From NCBI GenBank assembly GCA_965238175.1, contig CBDEGZ010000003.1:1856001-1920000 (forward strand): a stretch of 64,000 bases of DNA, given 5' to 3'. Below are positions 56,850 to 64,000 of this stretch, piece after piece. The position numbers and the translations under genes were made by a program. The first letter of the stretch is position 1, and each line of letters begins with the position of its first letter. Under the pieces are notes generated by a model. That model did no database searches. It saw only the letters and a program-made list of their open reading frames with translations, and was not told where the DNA came from. The stretch comes from Gammaproteobacteria bacterium. GTDB taxonomy: Bacteria > Pseudomonadota > Gammaproteobacteria > CAJXQU01.

Positions 56850-59198
56850 ATGAAAAGGATCATCATTGCAATTTTTGTTGGGGTGCTCACCCTTTATGTA
56901 TCACCAAAAATTCCTAACTTACCGAGTTCACTAGCGCTTCTTTTAGTCATTCTATTTTTGATTTCTGCAATCCTATTTCAACGATTTCAAATATTTTTTT
57001 ACTTTCTTTGTGGATTCTTTTGGGCTTTGTACCGTGCAAATATAGTACTGGAACAAACATTACCTGAAATGCTTGAAGGACAAGATCTAGTTATAGAAGG
57101 AACGATCAGTGATCTACCAAAACGTTCTTTTAGACGACAACAATTCATCTTTGAGGTCAAAACTATTGATCAAATTAAAACGGACATTCAATACAATTAC
57201 AGGTTTAGGTTAAGCTGGTATGAGCCGTATAAACCAGTATTAGCATCAGTTCTAAAAACGGGTCAAAAATGGCGTCTGACGGTTAGAGTAAAACGACCGA
57301 ATGGGTTTATGAATCCAGGTGGTCGTGACTATGAAGCTACACTATTTCAAAAGGGTATTAATGCCACTGGTTATATAAAAAGTGGTGAATATTTAGGTTT
57401 GCAGTCATCTAATTTTAGGCAAAAAATACACCAGTGGCGTAGCTTGATTCATGCTGAGGTGAAGACTTCTTTTCCAAACTTAAATAGTATCATTCCAGCG
57501 TTAGGTCTTGGGATCAGGGATGATCTAAGTCAAACTGATTGGGACATACTAAAAGCAACGGGTACGACTCATCTGGTTGCTATATCAGGCTTACATATTG
57601 GCTTGATATCAGCATTCGGCTTTTTTATAGGTCGGTGGCTATGGTCTCTACCTGTCTATACCTTACATCTGGTTCCGGCTACCAAGCTAGCGGCATTTTT
57701 CGCAATTGTGACGGCTTTTATCTACGCTGGATTAGCTGGTTTTACTATTCCTACGCAACGAGCACTGATCATGATAGTCACATTTATGATCTGTCTATTG
57801 TTAAACTGGCAAGCGTCAAGATTTGACATGCTGGCACTTTCCTTACTCGGCGTATTGGTTCTATCTCCGTCATCGGTATTGTCTGTCGGATTCTGGTTAT
57901 CATTTGCAGCGGTAGGAATTATTTTTTATGTCATGGCCGGAAGAACTATGGCACATGGGTTGTGGCATTCCACACTCAAGATCCACTTTATTATAGCGCT
58001 GGGCTTATCACCTTTATTATTGTTGTTCTTTGGTCAAAATCCTTTATTAGGACCCTTGGCGAATATTATTGCAGTGCCTTTTTTTGGATTATTGATTACT
58101 CCATTAGTTTTATTCGGTATTTTGTTATTGAGTGTAACCAGGCCACTAGGTGAAGGCTTGATTAAACTTGCCGATTATTTAATTGGACAGTTTTGGCCTT
58201 TTTTAGAATGGATAGCTACACTGCCACATAACCTTTTTCACGAGACGATTTCATCAACTCCTATTTTGATCAGCAGCTTGCTTGGAGTTGCTATCTTACT
58301 ACTGCCGAGAGGGTTTCCTGCACGATGGTTAGGTTTGATTTTTATTGCACCTATTTTTTTCAGCGATCAAAATGCACCAGATCAGGGTGAATTTGATCTT
58401 ACCTTATTAGATGTAGGACAGGGTTTATCCTCGGTGATCCAGACCCAAAACCATGTCCTGGTTTATGATACAGGTGCTAAATTTAGTGATAACTTTGATG
58501 CGGGAAAAGCAGTTGTCATTCCCTATTTAAAATCGATCAAAGCTAAAAAGTTGGATAAGGTGATAGTAAGTCATGGAGACAATGATCATATCGGTGGGTT
58601 TCAAAGTATATATAAAGCAATAACAATCGATGAAATATTAACCAGCGTTCCCAACAAATTAGAAGGGAAAAATGTTCAGTTATGTCATTCAGAGCAAAAG
58701 TGGGAATGGGACGGAGTTGAATTTACAATTCTTCATCCGCACAAATCTATATCTTTAACTAAATCTAAACGATTAAAAAGTAATAATAGATCTTGTGTCT
58801 TAAGAGTGGACAACGGATATCAGTCCATTCTAATTCCAGGTGATATAGAAGCGGTTATAGAAACCCGGTTACTTAAGAATAATATAACTGAGAATAATTT
58901 TGGCGTATTGGATGTCGATATTTTAATCGCACCTCATCATGGCAGCAAAACATCTTCGACAAAGGCCTTTATATTAGCCACTTCTCCAGAATATGTTTTG
59001 TTCTCCACTGGATATCGAAATCGTTATAAGCATCCCCATGAAGATGTAATGAAAACCTATCTAGAACAACAGGTTAACATCATAAATACAGCAATGACTG
59101 GAGCAATTCGTTTTCGTATTGGTAAAACCTTGTCGAAACCTGATCGATTCCGGCAAGATCAGGGTCATTTTTGGAATCGTAATCATGTAGAATACTGA
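56850..59198 (+). CDS. comEC: DNA uptake competence protein ComEC/Rec2
   Basis: HLVAISGLHIG, GFWLSF, DVGQG, SHGDNDHIGG and PHHGS. Confidence 0.95.
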   Translation: MKRIIIAIFVGVLTLYVSPKIPNLPSSLALLLVILFLISAILFQRFQIFFYFLCGFFWALYRANIVLEQTLPEMLEGQDLVIEGTISDLPKRSFRRQQFIFEVKTIDQIKTDIQYNYRFRLSWYEPYKPVLASVLKTGQKWRLTVRVKRPNGFMNPGGRDYEATLFQKGINATGYIKSGEYLGLQSSNFRQKIHQWRSLIHAEVKTSFPNLNSIIPALGLGIRDDLSQTDWDILKATGTTHLVAISGLHIGLISAFGFFIGRWLWSLPVYTLHLVPATKLAAFFAIVTAFIYAGLAGFTIPTQRALIMIVTFMICLLLNWQASRFDMLALSLLGVLVLSPSSVLSVGFWLSFAAVGIIFYVMAGRTMAHGLWHSTLKIHFIIALGLSPLLLLFFGQNPLLGPLANIIAVPFFGLLITPLVLFGILLLSVTRPLGEGLIKLADYLIGQFWPFLEWIATLPHNLFHETISSTPILISSLLGVAILLLPRGFPARWLGLIFIAPIFFSDQNAPDQGEFDLTLLDVGQGLSSVIQTQNHVLVYDTGAKFSDNFDAGKAVVIPYLKSIKAKKLDKVIVSHGDNDHIGGFQSIYKAITIDEILTSVPNKLEGKNVQLCHSEQKWEWDGVEFTILHPHKSISLTKSKRLKSNNRSCVLRVDNGYQSILIPGDIEAVIETRLLKNNITENNFGVLDVDILIAPHHGSKTSSTKAFILATSPEYVLFSTGYRNRYKHPHEDVMKTYLEQQVNIINTAMTGAIRFRIGKTLSKPDRFRQDQGHFWNRNHVEY

Positions 59199-59202
59199 CA
59201 TC

Positions 59203-59328
59203 TATACCCAAGATGCTTGAAAATGCAGGGTTTAGAGTGCGTCTGTTTTTATTCAGAGCAAGGCGCGACGATGCTCTGGATGAAAACAGACGTGCCGTAA
59301 ACCGGTATTTTCAGGTATTTTGGATATA
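59203..59328. repeat. ERIC/IRU-like 126-bp palindromic MITE
   Basis: Begins TATACCCAAG and ends TTGGATATA; arms 59203-59260 and 59272-59328 pair along their length. Confidence 0.7.
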
Positions 59329-59359
59329 TTATTCGGCATAAATATTACAGGGGATTAAC

Positions 59360-60124
59360 GTGTTTGATTTTGTAAAAGCAGGCGGCTTTCTAATGTTGCC
59401 CATTTTGATCTGCTCGGTGATCGCATTTGCGATTACCGTTGAACGTTTTCTGGCTCTACAGGTAAAAAAGATCATTCCCGAAAATCTGGTTGCTCAAGTA
59501 TGGCAATGGGCCAAATCAGGCCAGATTGATCCAAGACGAATTCATGGCCTCCGGACAGGATCAGCTTTGGGACGGATCTTGTCGGCGGGACTGACAAATA
59601 TGAAGTCTGATCGTGAAGTGATGAAAGAAAGTATCGAGGAAGTAGGGCGACACGTCGTTCATGATTTAGAAAGGTATTTAAATACTCTGGGTACGATAGC
59701 TGCAATCACGCCATTATTGGGTCTACTTGGAACAGTTTTTGGGATGATCGAAGTTTTTTCGGCCATCACCAGCAAAGGTGTTGGTGATGCAACTGTACTG
59801 GCTGGAGGGATTTCTAAAGCGCTGATTACCACCGCAGCGGGTCTTTCCGTCGCGATCCCTTCATTAATCTTTTACCGCTATTTTAAGGGTAAAGTCGATG
59901 AACTGGTTGTAGCGATGGAACAAGAGGTGCTGAAGTTGATTGAGGTAATGTATGTTGAACGAGAAACGAATAAACAAAGAAAAGTAACTGAAAGAAAAGT
60001 ATCGGGCGGGTCACCACAAACGCCAGAAAAAGTGAAACCAGTAAACACCAGAGTGCAAAAAACCAAGCAAAATGAGAATGGCATTAACTCTGCTCCTGAT
60101 TCGAATGCGAGGCGAGATCGATGA
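59360..60124 (+). CDS. exbB: MotA/TolQ/ExbB proton channel family protein
   Basis: GG.LM.PI, PLLGLLGTV.GMI and GIS.AL.TTA.GL.VAIP. Confidence 0.88.
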   Translation: MFDFVKAGGFLMLPILICSVIAFAITVERFLALQVKKIIPENLVAQVWQWAKSGQIDPRRIHGLRTGSALGRILSAGLTNMKSDREVMKESIEEVGRHVVHDLERYLNTLGTIAAITPLLGLLGTVFGMIEVFSAITSKGVGDATVLAGGISKALITTAAGLSVAIPSLIFYRYFKGKVDELVVAMEQEVLKLIEVMYVERETNKQRKVTERKVSGGSPQTPEKVKPVNTRVQKTKQNENGINSAPDSNARRDR

Positions 60125-60543
60125 ACCTTCGTCCTCGAAAAGACGATGATGTTGAACTTAACCTTACACCACTTATAGATGTGGTTTTTCTACTTTTGAT
60201 CTTTTTCATGGTTTCTACAACCTTCGTTAAAGAATCAGCAATAAAGTTAGATCTGCCAGAAGCAACGACCGCAGCGGTGCCAGCAGCGAAAGAAACGATC
60301 AAGATTTCTATTGATGCAAAAGGAAATTATTTTCTTAATGAAAAACCACTGATCAATACTCAAGCTGAAACGGTAGAAAAAGCTATCAAACTAGCCGCTG
60401 GTGATAATAAGGAGCCTACAATTGTCATCAATGCGGATAAGCAAGCAACACACCAATCTGTTGTGGCAGTTTTAGATGCTGCGAGACGGCTTAAATTTCT
60501 CCGAATTACTTTTGCAACTGAGCGTAAAAAAGACAGCAAGTGA
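60121..60543 (+). CDS. exbD: ExbD/TolR biopolymer transport protein
   Basis: LNLTPLIDVVFLLLIFFMV and I.AD. Confidence 0.9.
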   Translation: MNLRPRKDDDVELNLTPLIDVVFLLLIFFMVSTTFVKESAIKLDLPEATTAAVPAAKETIKISIDAKGNYFLNEKPLINTQAETVEKAIKLAAGDNKEPTIVINADKQATHQSVVAVLDAARRLKFLRITFATERKKDSK

Positions 60544-61532
60544 TTTGGAACAAGATTTGGTATGAAAATCATCCTTTAAGCTATTTACTAGCACCAATAG
60601 CTTGGTTTTATCGGTTTATCTCTTATCTGCGAAGGGTGGCATATAGCACTGGTTTATTACACATTAATAAGCTCCCTGTACCTGTTTTTATCATCGGCAA
60701 TATTGCAGTAGGTGGTACTGGGAAAACACCATTGGTTATATGGTTGATCAAATTTCTAAAGAAACAAGGCTATAACCCTGGTGTTATTAGTCGTGGATAT
60801 GGAGGTCAGGCGACTCAGTGGCCTCAGCAAGTTCTAGCAGAGAGTGATCCTGAGCTAAGCGGTGATGAACCGGTTCTTATTGCACGTAATGCCGATTGTC
60901 CCGTTTATGTAGATCCTGACAGGTTTGCGGCAGGTTCGATGTTATTACGTGATCACGATTGTGACATTATCGTCTGTGATGATGGCTTGCAACATTATTC
61001 ACTGCACAGGGATTTTGAGATTTGTGTTGTCGATGGAAAAAGAAGACATGGTAACCAGCGGTGTTTACCTGCTGGTCCATTACGAGAACCACTTTCGCGT
61101 CTTGAATACGTTGATATTACTGTTTGTAATGGTGCCGACATTGATGGCGAATTTCATATGGCTTTTGTACCCGTGGCAATACAACAGATAAAAACGGGCA
61201 AGATAGAGCAAATTGAAAATTTCCGATCAAAAAAAATACATGCTGTTGCGGGGATAGGCAATCCCGAACGTTTTTTTGAGATGCTTCGTAGTCAGGATCT
61301 GGATATCGTTGAACATGCGTTTCCAGATCACCACTTATATACAAAAACTGATCTTGATTTTGATGATATAAAGATTGTGATAATGACAGAAAAAGATGCC
61401 GTGAAATGTTCTAAATTTGCAGAAGATAGACACTGGTTTTTGCATATAGAGGCAAATTTGCCAGAAAACTTTGAACGACGATTACTGAATAAATTAAAAC
61501 AAAACAGTTTTAGGGGTAAATCTTATGGATAA
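60540..61532 (+). CDS. lpxK: Tetraacyldisaccharide 4'-kinase
   Basis: [30 protein letters not shown] and MTEKDAVK. Confidence 0.95.
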   Translation: MIWNKIWYENHPLSYLLAPIAWFYRFISYLRRVAYSTGLLHINKLPVPVFIIGNIAVGGTGKTPLVIWLIKFLKKQGYNPGVISRGYGGQATQWPQQVLAESDPELSGDEPVLIARNADCPVYVDPDRFAAGSMLLRDHDCDIIVCDDGLQHYSLHRDFEICVVDGKRRHGNQRCLPAGPLREPLSRLEYVDITVCNGADIDGEFHMAFVPVAIQQIKTGKIEQIENFRSKKIHAVAGIGNPERFFEMLRSQDLDIVEHAFPDHHLYTKTDLDFDDIKIVIMTEKDAVKCSKFAEDRHWFLHIEANLPENFERRLLNKLKQNSFRGKSYG

Positions 61533-61716
61533 AAAATTACTGGATATACTGGTTTGTCCTGTTACAAAAGGGTCTTTGGTATACAGTAAAAAGGACAAAG
61601 AATTAATTTCGTTATCGGCAAGGCTGGCCTATCCAATCCGTGACGATATACCCGTGATGTTAGAAGATGAAGCGCGAACCTTGACGGATGATGAAGTGGA
61701 ATCATACCGTAAGTAA
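61525..61716 (+). CDS. ycaR: Trm112-family protein
   Basis: [11 protein letters not shown] and [12 protein letters not shown]. Confidence 0.9.
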   Translation: MDKKLLDILVCPVTKGSLVYSKKDKELISLSARLAYPIRDDIPVMLEDEARTLTDDEVESYRK

Positions 61717-61718
61717 CT

Positions 61719-62477
61719 ATGTCTTATGTGATCATTATTCCTGCGCGCTACAACTCCACCCGATTACCTGGCAAGCCTTTGCTTGATATTAATGGTAAAT
61801 CGTTGATTCAGCACGTATATGAGAAAGCAATAAAAAGTAATGCTCGCGAAGTCATAATTGCTACGGATGACAGTCGAATCGAACAGGCAGCGTCAAGTTT
61901 CGGAGCACAAACCTGTATGACACAAGATGATCATCCTTCAGGCACAGATCGATTAGCAGAAGTAGTAACTACTCTTGGGTTAAAAGATGATGAAATCATT
62001 GTGAATTTGCAAGGTGATGAACCAATGATGCCAGCCAGCCTATTAGAGCAGGTTGCATCTTCTTTACAAAATGCATCGAATGCTTCGATCTCAACCCTTT
62101 GTGAGAAAATCGAATCAGTTGAAGATGTTTTTGATCCGAATATTGTTAAGGTTGTTTTTGATCAGGCTGGGTATGCGCTTTATTTTAGTCGTGCTTCAAT
62201 TCCCTGGGAACGAGGGAACTTTGATCATAAATCGACCGGTATTATCGATTTTGATGTTGAGAATTGTTTTCGGCACATAGGCCTTTATGCATACCGTGCT
62301 GTTTTTCTCAAAAAATATCCTCAGCTAAAGGTTTGTCAAATTGAACAACTAGAGGCGCTGGAACAACTTCGGGCTATGTATTATGGATATCGAATACGCG
62401 TTGAGATTGCAAAAGAAGATGCAGGAATAGGTATTGATACTCAGGAGGATTTAGAAAAAGCAAGAAAGAGTTTGTAA
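61719..62477 (+). CDS. kdsB: 3-deoxy-manno-octulosonate cytidylyltransferase
   Basis: IPARY.STRLPGKPL, SGTDR, NLQGDEP, HIGLYAY and LEQLR. Confidence 0.96.
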   Translation: MSYVIIIPARYNSTRLPGKPLLDINGKSLIQHVYEKAIKSNAREVIIATDDSRIEQAASSFGAQTCMTQDDHPSGTDRLAEVVTTLGLKDDEIIVNLQGDEPMMPASLLEQVASSLQNASNASISTLCEKIESVEDVFDPNIVKVVFDQAGYALYFSRASIPWERGNFDHKSTGIIDFDVENCFRHIGLYAYRAVFLKKYPQLKVCQIEQLEALEQLRAMYYGYRIRVEIAKEDAGIGIDTQEDLEKARKSL

Positions 62478-62610
62478 AACTTATAATCTTATTTGTTGTT
62501 AACTAGTGAAAATAGTAAGGTAAGACCCATAATTTATGCTTCAATATGGATATAATGTATAGACAAACTGGCATTAATGTACTACTTGTGTAAAAGGAGG
62601 TTCCAGAGAT

Positions 62611-62889
62611 ATGTTAATTAACCCTGCAGATAAAAATGATTTAACCATTCGTTTTAGGCGTGCACCGCAAGGCATTATGGCCAGAGTGTTTGACTGGGTT
62701 GGTGCAATGTCTCTTTCAATCTCCGTTCTATCCCTGATTGTTTTTGGAATTTCGAGTTCATTAGAAACGGAAGGCATGAGTCTTAGAGTATGCTTAACCT
62801 GTTTAAATATCGCGATTATTGCATTTGTTGCTGCTCGATTGGTTGAGCTAGGGGATCGCGTCCTACGAATGTCTGTAGGGGATAGGTAA
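62611..62889 (+). CDS. Small two-TM hypothetical protein
   Basis: Strong RBS AAGGAGG upstream; two hydrophobic segments. Confidence 0.6.
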   Translation: MLINPADKNDLTIRFRRAPQGIMARVFDWVGAMSLSISVLSLIVFGISSSLETEGMSLRVCLTCLNIAIIAFVAARLVELGDRVLRMSVGDR

Positions 62890-62941
62890 TAACATTAGAT
62901 CCAAACAACGTTAACGATAATCTAATAACCGAGGAAAAAAC

Positions 62942-63457
62942 TTGAATCACTTATTAAGGAAAAAACAACAAAAACGGATTTTAACTGTTTGTACAGGCAA
63001 TATTTGTCGTTCACCAAGTGCACAAGCTGTTTTACACCAAATGGTAGAGCAAGCTGGTCTTTCTCAAGTAATTGAGATTGATTCAGCAGGAACACAAGCG
63101 ATTAATTATACGGGTGCCTCGCCCGATCCAGATGCTATTACTACCGCCGCTAGACGTCAGTATAGTTTGGCTGGTTTACAAGCCAGGCAGTTTGATTTGT
63201 CTGATTTCCATGAGTTTGACTACATTTTAGCCATGGATAAAGAGAATTATCAACGGATTTCATATTTAAAACCATTGAACTCAAGAGCAGAACTTCGTTT
63301 GTTTATGAGTTTTATACCCGCCTTGTCAAAAACCGATGTTCCTGATCCATACAGAAGGCGAATGGCCGCTTTCGAAAAAGCACTTGATCTCATTGAACTG
63401 GGTGCTGGAGCGATTGTTGAATCTTTAAAAGAGCCCCAGGGAGTTGGGATTCGGTAA
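62942..63457 (+). CDS. Low-molecular-weight protein-tyrosine phosphatase
   Basis: VCTGNICRS, DSAGT and DVPDPY. Confidence 0.9.
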   Translation: MNHLLRKKQQKRILTVCTGNICRSPSAQAVLHQMVEQAGLSQVIEIDSAGTQAINYTGASPDPDAITTAARRQYSLAGLQARQFDLSDFHEFDYILAMDKENYQRISYLKPLNSRAELRLFMSFIPALSKTDVPDPYRRRMAAFEKALDLIELGAGAIVESLKEPQGVGIR

Positions 63458-63462
63458 GTTTT

Positions 63463-63681
63463 TTACCTGGCGCGGTAAGTGATCCGACCTTTACTAAGGT
63501 CATAGGGAGTAAGTTCGACGGTAACTGCATCACCCGTCAAAATTCTAATATAATGCTTACGCATTTTACCTGAAATATGTGCAGTCACAATGTGACCATT
63601 TTCAAGCTCAACTTTAAAGGTTGTGTTTGGAAGTGTGTCAACGACTGTACCTTCCATTTGAATATTTTCTTCTTTAGCCAT
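63463..63681 (-). CDS. infA: Translation initiation factor IF-1
   Basis: MAKE..I.MEG.V...LPN..F.V.LENGH...AHISGKMR...IRIL.GD.V.VE..PYDL.KGRI. Confidence 0.97.
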   Translation of the reverse strand: MAKEENIQMEGTVVDTLPNTTFKVELENGHIVTAHISGKMRKHYIRILTGDAVTVELTPYDLSKGRITYRAR

Positions 63682-63806
63682 ACTTTTAAATTTTCTTTTC
63701 CTAGTTAACCATAAATATCAGCGGGTAATTCTGCACTAATTCTGAGTTTTACTCAAAGTCTTTATTTATCTTTTATTCATTTCAAATTCAGCTAGCGTGT
63801 ATTTGT

Positions 63807-64000
63807 TAGGGGTGTTCTCAATTAGTTCGTCGTTTCTGTTGAGCCTGAAATAGTGCTAGGCAAGGCACAAGGAGGTGCGGTTTGGTCGTTCCAAATAAAC
63901 GATGCGTAACACCGCCTGGTGCTATTTCAGGCTCAACCCGCAGGGCCGGGCCCATTTTCGCCTCAGCAGCGTTATCTCTCGCTGATGTAGAACAACTACA
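63807..64000. repeat. GC-richer structured MITE-like repeat, truncated by the window end
   Basis: Starts TAGGGGTGTTCTC. The 24-bp arms GTTGAGCCTGAAATAGTGCTAGGC (63838-61) and GCCTGGTGCTATTTCAGGCTCAAC (63914-37) pair using G-U. No ORF. Confidence 0.55.

Noticed and set aside
60121-61532. Absence of msbA between exbD and lpxK
   Set aside because: The exbB-exbD-lpxK-ycaR-kdsB order without msbA also occurs in other gammaproteobacteria such as Pseudomonas.
62942-63457. LMW phosphatase as the dedicated Wzb partner of the BY-kinase at 14198
   Set aside because: Its position after kdsB is a common core arrangement; nothing in the sequence links it to the EPS module.

Overview
AT-rich chromosomal window from a gammaproteobacterium, mostly core genes. 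From left to right it holds: a partial MetF-like gene; a glycoside-hydrolase-like/LPS-kinase fusion; mtaD and mtnA; moeA and a mobAB fusion; a PEP-CTERM-type exopolysaccharide export module (short OPX, beta-barrel, split Wzc, ExeA-like ATPase); rarA-crcB-serS; a VPLPA/PEP-CTERM subtilase-like protein; pntAB; yccA; a ~17 kb aryl-polyene (APE)-type type II PKS cluster with a flavin-dependent halogenase-like gene; leuB-asd-fimV-truA; an intact IS481-family element; a hybrid histidine kinase; comEC-exbBD-lpxK-ycaR-kdsB; and infA. The most striking feature is absent from the ORF track: a tRNA-Ser(UGA) gene (43771-44088) split in its anticodon by a 227-nt ORF-less group I intron (43806-44032) with recognisable P/Q/R/S elements. 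Tryptic of known cases aside, I know bacterial tRNA group I introns mainly from Leu(UAA), fMet, Ile(CAU) and Arg(CCU) genes, so a Ser(UGA) host may be undescribed; I could not search to confirm this. Two insertion elements (a 185-bp mini-IS1016 and the IS481) have each rewritten the C-terminus of a host gene, and several MITE-like palindromes are present. All product calls come from motif and family recognition by eye; no database searches were run.
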